Assembly (NCBI RefSeq): GCF_001194135.2
Contig: NC_068983.1
Coordinates: 160,019,379 to 160,083,378 of the forward strand
Length of the DNA stretch: 64,000 bases
Reading direction: 5' to 3'
From: Octopus bimaculoides
Lineage: Eukaryota
Made by a program: the position numbers and the translations under genes. Positions 53,570-64,000 of this stretch are shown here, one piece after another (position 1 is the first letter of the stretch; each line of letters starts with the position of its first letter). The notes below the pieces were generated by a model. That model did not search any database and was not told where the DNA came from. It saw nothing but the letters and a program-made list of their open reading frames with translations.

Positions 53570-55345
53570 ATTTCTTTAATTAGGCACAATGCCTCAAAAG
53601 AGAAGGGACAACACAAAAGACAGACAAAACAATACATTGGGGTACATAAAAGCATATAACGAATGAATTATGAATATAAATGAAGAGAGAATGAAATGGC
53701 TTTCCTACCCCACAAAACAGGTAGTTCCATTTTACTGTTTTTTTTTAAATAAAGTGTGTACTTATCAGTCTTGTATCTTGTTGGTTTTCCTTTTGTTTAA
53801 AAATCCACACTAAGTAACACCATAAGTTCCATCAAATCGTCAAATATTACTATTGATGGAAATTCATCGTAACGAAATCGAATTTCTGTTATCACTATCC
53901 TGTCGCCAAATATTTCCTGCAACCTTCTTGCTCTTCCTTCCTCCAAGAGCACCGCTTTCTCATCTCGATTGTCCTCACTGTCAGCCACTTTAACCCTTAT
54001 TACATGTTTCATTTTTGAAATTGTCTTTTCTATCTCTACACTTTTTGGTAACATATAGTTCTTTCCTATTTCCCCTTCGGAGACTCTCTCTGCTGTACCT
54101 CACCACTCTCTGCCTCTGTTGCTTGTATTCCCGTCTCTGTTTCTCCTTCCTTTTCACTTTCATGTCTCTTCTTCTTCCGTCCTTCCTCCTCCTTACTAGT
54201 TGAAGGCAACAGTCTTTGTGTTCGTTCCTCACTTGGCTCCTCATTCCTTCTTTTCTCGTTCTTGTTGTCCTCCTCTGCCTTTCTTTTCTTCTTCGGGCTT
54301 TTAGATGAAAATTCCACATTTCTCCTCTTTCTTTCTACCACTGTATATTTTTCCACCATTTCCTCCTACTCCTCCTCCTCCTCCTCCTCCTTCGCTGTTG
54401 CGCCCTCTCATTCCTGACGCTCCTTCTCCGCCGCCTCCTGTTCGTGTTTCTGGGGACACTTTGCTTTCATGTGTCCCCTTACTCCACATAAATAACATAC
54501 CGGAGGTTTCCCTTTTACAACGATTCTTAATCTTGTCTCTTCTGCAATTTTGTGGAGGTCCGGCAGGCTGATATGGACCGACACCTCCAGTCCATACCCC
54601 CATCAGTTCACCTCCGTCATTCTCGATATCTTCAACACCTGAGCGTCCTCCTCTGTGTTATAGAGGATGGCTGCCACCAGCCACGCCTCATCAATTTCTG
54701 GGGGAATTCTATCTAGTCTTACTCTGGCCGCACGTTTGCTACAGTAAGTAGGTAGCAGTGCCCACTCGGCTGATCTCAAAGGCACAGTGTAGTGTTTCCT
54801 CGCTTCTTCTTCGCTTACGAAACGTACTTCCACTATGCCGTATGTTTTTTTCTTCTCGTGTAATATGTCGTAATATCCTTTATCTCTCGTAGACATTCCT
54901 CTACCGCTTCCTCCGCTGCTACTTCAACTTTTTTTGTTGTCACATTCAACGTTCTATAAAAAAAAATCCTTTTGTTAGTTTAAAATTCTTCTTTAATTCG
55001 ATTTCAAGGACCTGCAGTACTTCTACTGACAGACCTTTAGCAGTCATCACAGCGTCACTCCCCACTGGTTTACTTTCTATGACGGTATTCTTCTTAACTT
55101 CGCCTATAAATGGGGAAGAAAAAATAAAAACCATTTAACAACAACAATTTCAACAATTCCAGTTAATAACAGTTCAACAATTCAGTAACTTAACAATACA
55201 ATACAACAAAACTTACATGGAGCGAACACACTTCTAACACAGTTCGGAATCAAAAGATTCGAAAAACAACTTTAACGACAACGCCGACGACCTCTCAACA
55301 ATTAGCCAGAATGCTATAAATGAACCCGACTGCTCTCAAAAGCTA
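53570..55345 (-). mobile_element. ORF1-only (gag-like) non-LTR retroelement with a pseudogenised ORF of about 430 codons
   Basis: Joining minus frames 55134 to 53797 gives RRM-like YGIVEVRFVSEEEARK and VRLDRIPPEIDEAWL, one CCHC knuckle CYLCGVRGHMKAKC, and a charged low-complexity linker. A T-rich 3' UTR ends in AATTAAAGAAATAA. No endonuclease or RT follows. Confidence 0.7.
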
Positions 55346-55346
55346 G

Positions 55347-55562
55347 GTTAACAAAAAAAAAAAAAAGCAGGAAAAATAATCCAGAATCCTTGTCCGGTAT
55401 CGGATCGACCCCAAAATCTAATCAATTTGTGCCAGTCACGAGCCCAAACATCCCTGAAAATTTCATTCGAATCCATCCAGCTGTTCTTGAGATATCTTGT
55501 CCACAGACAAACAAACACGACTGAAAACAATGCCTCCGCCTTAACGAAGGCGGAGGTAATAA
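55347..55562 (-). mobile_element. DINE-1/HINE-like (non-autonomous Helentron-type) element, probably partial
   Basis: Starts TTATTACCTCCGCC, with a perfect 10-bp hairpin CCTCCGCCTT-aacg-AAGGCGGAGG (55533-55556) followed by a GTTT/GTCT tract. Confidence 0.55.
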
Positions 55563-56459
55563 AGGACAACAAATTATTAACAAAAAAGTAACTACAAGAT
55601 ATGACCGGGGTCATCACAATGGGTGATTCAGAATGATATTGGAACACACAACGCCCACGCTCATTCTCGGGATATATAGTTCTTAGTACCCTGCTTCAGT
55701 TACTCGTTAAGTAAGCTCATTTTACCACAACAATGACTCTAATCGCATCAGCCTTTCAAGACATTTGTTGGTGAGTAGCACTTCTTTTTCTACCCTAACC
55801 TTCTTTTCAAGACTTTGAAGACTTGACAGAGAGGAAACATTTTGTCCTCATTCTTTGTATCTATGTTCACCACATAAAGTCCTTCAACATAAACACCTGA
55901 TAGGGAAAGAACACCCACTCTTCATTGCCAAAGGAAACTAGTGGTCGACATCTCGACAGATTCGGCTGGCAGTCGGATCCGCACATGATAGCAATATTTG
56001 GACATAGATCCACAAGTCAGTTGAGCATGGACTATGACAAAGGACGTGTGAGATTATTTCGCGAGACTGCAATTATTTGATCGCTGGAAGCTGCAACACG
56101 GCTTGATTGTAGAGTTAATCTCGACCATACGAAGTGAGCCCCCACTTTGCAGCAATCCTTGGTCAACTAGATATGCTCGTCTATTTTTTCTCGGACCGGT
56201 AATTAATTGAAATACTTCAGAAGAAGCTTTTTTGTTCAACTAAGAAGGTCATCAATTTCGGCCGCCACTAGTTCACTATAGATTAATGAATCAATTAACG
56301 TAAGACTGAACGCGTTTCCCAACTATTAGAGAACCGAGAGCACCAAATGACATTTCAGTTTTCGCCTTCAGTGTCAGCAGCTTTGTTGAGGAAACGAACC
56401 ACGAGAAGACTTGTTGATAAATAATGACCAAACTATCTGAACGTCTCCGAATCTCTAGA

Positions 56460-56880
56460 GATTATGTTTGTTTTTTGTATTTTTCAAGTTGTTTCTGCTT
56501 TTGTTGGTGGTGCAGTGTAACTTATTCATGAGTCCCTTTGCAAATATGCATAGAAAAAGGTTTTATTGCTTTTACTGTACCATCTACTACTGTTGTTATG
56601 GTTACAGTAGTCAACGCTGTTTGCTACAACTCTGAAACAAGGCACGCTGCTTTTGCATTTTCTTTTGTCGTAGAAGGTGGCCTGTTTTGCAACAGATTTA
56701 GCCCTTTAGCTTTCTTCGACAACCATCCCAATTTGCTCGAGCTCTTTGAACCAGAAATGATAATGGATGCTAGTAAGGTGCTCAGGTGAGCTATTTACTA
56801 TCTTGTCTGCAGGTACACCTAACTTTGAATAAAGGTTAGGTATGCATCTCTTGCATTTCTTGATAGTTTCTTCCTTTCTT
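56460..56880 (-). mobile_element. Weak R4/Dong-like LINE N-terminal relic
   Basis: Minus frame PLSFLV...RRKLKG.ICCKTGHLLRQKKMQK parallels the region after KVPSWVL in the 33-36 kb element. Confidence 0.35.
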
Positions 56881-57134
56881 TGTAATCTAGTTGTTGGTGT
56901 TGTTTTGTTATAACTATTGCTGCTGTTTTCGTTATTACTGCTCTTAGCTTTGTTGCTGTTGTGATAGTTTTATTATACTGACCCTGTGATGTGATACCAC
57001 TGTAGCATCCGTAATATCGTCAACCGTGACGTCAATACTTTTTGTTGCTATAGTGGCAATACCCGTGTTAATTGTAGAAGAGACTTTGATAACATTCTCA
57101 ACACTTGCTCCTACTTTCTCTCTCTCTCTCTCTC

Positions 57135-57171
<37 letters not shown>

Positions 57172-57746
57172 NNNNNNNNNNNNNNNNNNNNNNNNNNNNN
57201 NNNNNNNNNNNNNNNNNNNNNNNNNNNNNNNNNNNNNNNNNNNNNNNNNNNNNNNNNNNNNNNNNNNNNNNNNNNNNNNNNNNNNNNNNNNNNNNNNNNN
57301 NNNNNNNNNNNNNNNNNNNNNNNNNNNNNNNNNNNNNNNNNNNNNNNNNNNNNNNNNNNNNNNNNNNNNNNNNNNNNNNNNNNNNNNNNNNNNNNNNNNN
57401 NNNNNNNNNNNNNNNNNNNNNNNNNNNNNNNNNNNNNNNNNNNNNNNNNNNNNNNNNNNNNNNNNNNNNNNNNNNNNNNNNNNNNNNNNNNNNNNNNNNN
57501 NNNNNNNNNNNNNNNNNNNNNNNNNNNNNNNNNNNNNNNNNNNNNNNNNNNNNNNNNNNNNNNNNNNNNNNNNNNNNNNNNNNNNNNNNNNNNNNNNNNN
57601 NNNNNNNNNNNNNNNNNNNNNNNNNNNNNNNNNNNNNNNNNNNNNNNNNNNNNNNNNNNNNNNNNNNNNNNNNNNNNNNNNNNNNNNNNNNNNNNNNNNN
57701 NNNNNNNNNNNTCTCAGCGGATTATATAATAATAAAAACGATAAGT

Positions 57747-58272
57747 TTTCCACCAAAGGCACAAGGCCTGAAATTTAGGAGGAGGGGTTAACCGATTGCA
57801 TCGAAACCAGTGGTACTTATTTTATCGACTTCGGAAGGATGAAAGGCAAAGTCGACCTCGGCGGAATTCGAACATAGAACGTAAAGACAGACGAATTGCC
57901 GCTAAGCATTTTTTCCGACATATTAACGATTCTGCCAGCTTGCCGCCCTAATAATAATAATAATAATAATGATAATAATAATAATAATAATAATGGTTTC
58001 AAATTTCGGCTCAATGCCAGCAATTTCGGGGAGGGGATAATCCATGGATTAACTGACAAAATGACACTGAGCTTATAGAAGAGCAAATACGGGAAAAGAA
58101 ATTATAGATGTCAGACTCACATTTAAAAAATTCAGTACTTGTTTTGTCAATTTCTGAAAGAATCAAAAGCAAAAATCGACTTCGGTGGAATTTGAACTCG
58201 GAATGTAAAACTGGAAGAAAGTCCGCTAAATATTTTATCCGGCGTGCTCATGATTCTGCCAGATCACCGCGT
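57747..58272 (-). mobile_element. Tandem Nin-type SINEs (57747-57949 and 58125-58272) separated by (AAT)n and a tail fragment
   Basis: ggatgaaaggcaaagtcgacctcggcggaattcgaac...gattctgccagcttgccgcc; the second copy is more diverged. Confidence 0.8.
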
Positions 58273-58409
58273 GAATAGTTTCAGATTGTTTCTGATTTTT
58301 GGCACAAGGCCAGTAAGTGATAATCGTGGTAGTCTCTCAATTTCTTGCTGAACAACTTGCACAAATGATTAATTTATAATCACCAAACGTTCGTGCTGTT
58401 ACATTAGCG

Positions 58410-58566
58410 CATTCCCTCCATTAAATCGGCATTGTCTGTACAGGTGCAGCACACGTCAGGTGTCGAAGTGATCGCAGAGCAAGAAAACAACGCACCCCGC
58501 GGTCCAGGAATTGAAACCTCAATCTCGTGAGCGCAACACCTTAACCACTAGGCCATGCGCCTTCAA
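58410..58566 (-). mobile_element. tRNA SINE (family D-like head), partial
   Basis: Minus head gaaggcgcatggcctagtggttaagg...ggtttcaattcc. Confidence 0.7.
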
Positions 58567-59199
58567 GGTCAGTTAGTAGTGCCATGGCTGTTATCATTAC
58601 AAACCGTGGAACATTGTACTGCTAGGTCATGATAGTCTACAAAAGAAGGGATGACTCTTTAGCCTTGGCTGGCAAACTCCGAGATATGGTGTCTCAGTAA
58701 AAACAGTAGTGGTTGGCTCACGTTCATACTACAGTCCTGTATCGCACATATATTTTTCAGTGACACTGTATTAAAAAACAAACGGTAGTTTCACAAATAT
58801 TATATTTGGACAAAAATTATTTCTTATCTAAAAGTAACATTGATTACGAACAGAAGAGCTAATTTAACAAGACATCCTTTAAACAAAGACATTATCAGAT
58901 AAAGCAATAGAAGACTTAAAAGAAATAATATAAAACGAAGACACAAGCAACACACAAAAATGCAAACAACGAGAATAAAGAATATTAATACTAATCACAA
59001 AAGCCCTAGAAGATGTTCCAAAATACTAAACACTAAAATCAGAACTATAATAGGAAAATACGAATAGAAATAAAAATTAATGATAAACGAAAATATGAAT
59101 AAAGAGAATATAGAGACAGATTTATAAATAGATGTTTCTAAAGATGGAAATTCTGAATATGATAATAACCTAAAGGTGAGAATACCTAAAGAATTAAAA

Positions 59200-59700
59200 T
59201 CGATAGAAAATTTTACTGAGGGCCACCGAAAGCACATCCCAATGATAAAAGAAACTTAACGATGAAATTGCAATAAGAATAAAATATGAAAACACGACCA
59301 TCACAAATATGATCAACGATATCACCAGCATAAACAAAGTAATGTAAGCAGAAGTCCAGCAGTTAAAAAGAAATGTGGCACTACCTCGAATCTACTTATA
59401 TGTGAATATCAAAACCTTAATAAAAACCGAGTTAAGCAGACATACAGAGAAAGACAAAAAAAAGTACTATGGGAATTTGACTAATAAAGAAAAACGGACT
59501 TGAAATCAAAGAACTCTTGAAGCAAGCGTTTATTGTTAAACTGCAAAGAATCAAACATTACGAAAAGACCTATTAAACAAAACAAACAGATCCAATCTAT
59601 CTCACCGCGATTTAATCAAAGAAGTATTAAAATATGTATCAGTCAGTAGAGCTCCAGTACGAGTAAAACATGAATTCTATGGGCAGTGAAAAGATTACCA
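59200..59700 (+). mobile_element. Highly decayed A-rich non-LTR ORF fragment, possibly R4/Dong-like N-terminus
   Basis: NDITSINKVM*AE and KKVLWE loosely resemble the conserved N-terminal segment of these elements. Confidence 0.25.
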
Positions 59701-59867
59701 CAGACAAGAATTTTCTAAACCTTAAGAGCAATACTTGAAGAGACCTGCAAGACTATATTAACTCCAAAAATAACGCAGGCGCTACAAAAAAAAAAAAAAT
59801 TTAATGGTATAACATGAAGGCACAAAGAAATGACAAAACCTTGAAATATTTTAGTGACACGTAGAAA

Positions 59868-60003
59868 GTTGTTGTTGGCACTCCGTCGCTTACGACGTCG
59901 AGGGTTCCAGTTGATCCGATCAACGGAACAGCCTGCTCGTGAAATTAACGTGCAAGTGGCTGAGCACTCGACAGACACGTGTACCCTTAACGTAGTTCTC
60001 GGG
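59868..60003 (-). mobile_element. SINE family C, 5'-truncated 3' fragment
   Basis: Near-identical to the tails at 49015-49145 and 61870-62002. Confidence 0.9.
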
Positions 60004-61163
60004 TCTCTTCAATTTCCCCCCTCAGATCTGGCAAAGTAGACACCTACACTAAACCACAATTTCCACATCTATTACTTTTCGAAGATATTTCTACTAAGTA
60101 TATATATTGTATATACACAACATGTATTCGATATATGTAATCTTACACCAAAGCAGAAAAGTTTTCTTCTGAAATGTTTACATCTCTTCATTTGCAATAT
60201 TTTCTTTATAGAGTTAAATAAAATTACATCGTATAAAATCTTATTGACGGATTACCTCCCAAACCTATTAATGTTTCTAGTTTTTCCCCTTCATCTCCAA
60301 CATTCGCAACAGCATATTAACTGTTCCTATAACATATTAAACTTATAGGAATATGGTATCTAATGTCAGATGATATGAAAATGCTAAATTCTATGGCTTT
60401 AACACTTTCATACCGGTCCACAGACCATGTGAAGTTAGTGATCGTAGTTTTCAATTTCCTTTCTATTCAAAAGGCCATATTAAATTTTGGCCAACACCAC
60501 CAGAACGTCAAATGTTTGATTTATATTACAAATATAAAATAAAAGGCATTAACGAAACCAGTAGATTTTTTTTATTGTTCCATGCACGATCAGTTTTATT
60601 TAATTATTGAAAGTGGGTGCTTTTTTTTGTAAATCACTGAGTGAAAAGATTTTAAATATTAGACTTCTGTTATATTTTTTTCCTAGTGAGTGAAACTTCT
60701 GAAGAACATATTCAATAAAAGTCAACCCGATTAGTATTTTTCCCTTAATTTATGGAAGTGAGCACGAACCCTTGTTCTGTTTCGTGTAACGAGGTGCTAT
60801 AAGAAGCAACAATAAGACAAGTTCGTTGCATGCATGTCTGACATAAAGGGAGACCGTTATTTGTAGCAGTGATTGATGAGTGACTATTTTAGTTAATAAT
60901 TATGATAGCGTATAAACTACGGTGATAGTCACCAACAACAATAACAAAAAGCATAATGAATTATTTAACAGACCTTTTGATCATAAACATTTCAAAATCA
61001 ATGATGCGTAGAACTAATTTTAAAGCAGTTTTACAAAATATCAGTTTTACAGTCTTCTATTCCATTTCAAATTATTCTATTTAAAACAGTGACACGTGGA
61101 CATTGCACATGCATCTATTTGAATTCGCGTCTTTAACATGTATGCGTCGCCTATTCAGCTCTA

Positions 61164-61180
61164 GCGTTAATCATTAACGC
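61164..61180. promoter_or_regulatory. Perfect palindrome containing the HNF1-class consensus GTTAATNATTAAC
   Basis: GCGTTAAT-C-ATTAACGC in a unique, CpG-enriched patch. Confidence 0.25.
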
Positions 61181-61661
61181 ATACCTAACGTTATTTATTC
61201 ACGACTATTCCTGGATGAGACAGCGATGGCGTCCTTTCTCGGATTATTTACGCTGTGTCCTTGAGAAGGATACTGAACTCGTTCAACTGTAATCTACCGA
61301 AGCTGTTTCGTTCGACAAAATGCTAACATTTTCCTCTCTTAGGTGTCATTAACTCAATGGTATAACATCCGTCGTACTGTATAATTGCAATTGATGCTTG
61401 CAGTATTAAATTGTAATCCTGTTAACGATATATTCACGTTTCCTTCTGTTGTGGATAATTAAGCTTAAACAATGCTGCTGTGTTCAGATATCGAATAGAA
61501 TATATCGTTGTTCCTGTATATTCTTCTATTAAGAATAGCTTACATTTTTTAAAAATAATTTGTAGACAAAAGTTGTTGCATTGCTGTATTTAAAATTGCT
61601 GATATGGTCCATATGTGTATGTCTCTGTTATATATGAGTATACATAAAGACATGTATGTAT

Positions 61662-62002
61662 TAGGACAGCGGACTCGCAGTCATAGGATCGCGGTTTTTG
61701 AGTGTTTATTGAGTGAAAACACCTAAAACTCCACAAGGCTCCGGCAGGAGATGGTGGCGAACCCTGCTGTACTCTTTCACCACAACTTTCTCTCACTCTT
61801 ACTTACTTTTTCTGTTGTGCATGTAATTCAAAGGGCCAGCCTTCTCACACTGTGTCACGCTGAATAACCCCGAGAACTACGTTAAGGGTGCACGTGTCTG
61901 TGGAGTGCTCAGCCACTTGCACGTTAATTTCACGAGCAGGCTGTTCCGTTGATCGGATCAACTGGAACCCTTGACGTCGTAAGCGACGGAGTGCCAACAA
62001 CA
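61662..62002 (+). mobile_element. SINE family C, slightly 5'-truncated, probable 10-bp TSD
   Basis: Colinear with 49011-49379. atgtatgtat occurs at 61652-61661 and 62003-62012 (low complexity, so the TSD is tentative). Confidence 0.9.
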
Positions 62003-62080
62003 ATGTATGTATGTGCGTGTGTGTGCACACTCACGCATTTATGTGTGAATGTTTGTGTGTATTTATACACGTACAAAAAG

Positions 62081-62240
62081 CGGTGAATTGGCCGAGTCTT
62101 TAAAGAATCGGATGGAATGACTTGTTGCATTTATTCCGGTTGTCTATTTTCTGATTACAAATTTCACCTACGACAGCTTCCATTTTCATCATTGGAATGG
62201 ATAAATAGAGTATCAGTCAAGTGATGGGGTTAATTTCCCT
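62081..62240 (+). mobile_element. Old, degraded Nin-type SINE
   Basis: aagcggtgaattggc...caaatttcacc...cttccattttcatc...gataaatagagta. Confidence 0.5.
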
Positions 62241-62547
62241 CTCTCTGTCTCTCTCTTTATTTTTACTCTCTCACATTCGCCTTTAGCTGACAACAATATT
62301 CGACAAAGATTTCATCATGTGCATATAGTACTTTTATTTGGAAAATTTAATGTCTAATTTTCCCCATTTCCTACGGGAAATTTATTTGCAATATCTTCTG
62401 ACGGCTATTTCTTGTAGAGCGTTAGATTTAGAGATCATTCGAAAACTTTATGAAGTCAAAGGCTGCTGTTTAACAAATGTATAAAAGAACTATTTCATAT
62501 GAAATCTTATAATAATTCTGCTTGTCATTGCGTTACTTAGACCGTCG

Positions 62548-62960
62548 GTAACGCTTTCACGTAATTAGAGAAAAAGAGGGAGAGAGAAAAAAAGGAAGGG
62601 AGAAAAAAGGGAAGGAGAAAAAGAGGGGAAGAGAAACGTCCATGACATAAGATAGAGGGAAAGTAATTGTAACGCTTTCACGTGATTAGTTGAAGGGAAA
62701 GAGAGGAGGGAATAAAAGGAGAGAGAAATGAGGATAAAGCGAAGAGTGAGACAGAAGGAGGTAAAAAGAAAAGTCCATGACGTGAGATGGGGTATCGTAA
62801 TATTTATTACTTGGTTAAAAAGGTTAGTTGAAGGTAAAGGAGGAGAGCTGAAAATATAATTTTAACAGAGGGGTGATGTTCTGATGGTGAGGTTAAAGAA
62901 AGGCAGAGAGAGAGAGGTGAGAGGGGAAGAGAGGAGAGAGAGATGATGATGATGGCTGTG
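62548..62960. repeat. Imperfect tandem of about 120-135 bp with purine-rich spacers
   Basis: gtaacgctttcacgt(a/g)attag at 62548 and 62669; gtccatgac at 62638 and 62773. Confidence 0.7.
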
Positions 62961-63914
62961 GTGATTGGATAGGGAAAAGTATATTTTTTTATATCACCTA
63001 TTACTTTAAGCATGCGTTTATGTGTAAATCTGTGAAATATTCACGCTTATTTACGTTGCAGATATACGCAATTCAACTAAAGGTTGTATCATTCATACGG
63101 GATATTTTTTATTTGTTTATGGGGGAAAGTGCAAAATAATAGTGAATACTTATTCTATGAGTGCTGTGCATTAAGTCTATAAGGTTGTGCATAAAGTATA
63201 TAAAGTAAATTAAGTAATCATCGTATTCCAATTTCCTTCACTTTTCAATCTCTAGCAGATGAACGACTACCTTTCTATACAGACACAACACAGGTTGTAT
63301 TTCAGGTTTTTGGGATAAATTTTTCAGAAATAACCCAATAGGTTTACCTTTAATTCCATGAAATATTCACGGGTCCCGCTATTTTTTATGATACAATTAA
63401 ACATACTTGAACTATTTCTTTTACGTTGGAATCAGTTAGTTTTTATAATGCATAGAGGTAGTAATTTGACAATTGGTAGCCGCAATTAAAAAGCATCAAT
63501 ATTTCAATCCATGAACGTTTATATTTTTAATTTAATAACTTCTTGAAGAAATTTGCTGTTCCAGGAATACGCAAAATTCATCTTTACCTTAGGAACGAAA
63601 ATGTTCTTCTACAAGAATATTATTTTAAGGTAGGGAAAATAGCACAAGGAACCAAAGGATCAATGGCATCAAACAGAGATCGACATTATATATTGGATAG
63701 AATAAATGCAGACAAGCAAGAGTTCAACTAGAAACTTAAATTCTGTATTATTTGTCAATCCAGCACGAAATTGTCATCTCACCTACAATTGTTTCCGAAA
63801 AAAATATAAACAAAGCACTAGGACCCTTGCAGTAATTATTGAGCACTCGTTATTATTACAGTTGATACTGAGTTTCCAAGTATATAAGTTCATGTTCAAT
63901 ATTAGCTAATACAA

Positions 63915-64000
63915 AGGCAGAATCGTTAGGACGCTGCTCAAATGCTTAGCGACATTTCGTCCATTTTTACGTTCTGCGTTCAGATTCCGCCAAGATCGAC
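63915..64000 (+). mobile_element. Nin-type SINE 5' part, running off the window edge
   Basis: ggcagaatcgttagg...aaatgcttagcgacatttcgtc...acgttctgcgttcagattccgccaagatcgac. Confidence 0.8.

Noticed and set aside
54301-54603. Poly-Gly and poly-Pro ORFs
   Set aside because: They are alternative frames of the GAG-repeat linker of the ORF1-like element.
54368-54605. In-frame TGA codons as possible selenocysteine or readthrough
   Set aside because: They are accompanied by a TAG and several frameshifts and are each one substitution from TGG or CGA; ordinary decay explains them.
56674-56785. Exon-like 112-nt segment with a strong acceptor (ttttgcattttcttttgtcgtag), a CAG/GTGAG donor and an open frame EGGLFCNRF...
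   Set aside because: It lies antisense within an apparent decayed R4-like LINE piece and has no partner exons. Only spliced RNA reads could rescue it as an exonisation.

Overview
AT-rich, repeat-dominated eukaryotic DNA from a short-read-type assembly (8 N-gaps, about 2.6 kb in total, mostly flanked by TA/TG microsatellites). The SINE families and heavy microsatellite load point to an octopus (coleoid cephalopod) genome; this is inferred, not tested. I could not support any intact host gene, rRNA, true tRNA or CRISPR array, so the window reads as intergenic or deep intronic. Most supplied ORFs are microsatellite or gap artefacts, or pieces of decayed transposons. Recognisable content: two RTE-type LINE relics, three clear and two weak R4/Dong-like (RLE-type) LINE relics, a Jockey/I-like RT relic, a Penelope GIY-YIG relic, two mariner fragments, two copies of a mariner-type MITE, a DINE-1/HINE-like element, an ORF1-only gag-like retroelement, and about 20 tRNA-derived SINE copies from several families. 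The best lead is a complete 263-bp retroposon at 24383-24645 (minus strand), flanked by a 14-bp target-site duplication, that joins a tRNA-like Pol III head to a Penelope-type minimal hammerhead ribozyme. Other leads are a second hammerhead core at 15.5 kb, a 23-bp hairpin at 39.8 kb, possible (CATA)n targeting by the R4/Dong-like LINEs, and the ORF1-only element. All calls were made by eye; coordinates of decayed repeats are approximate.
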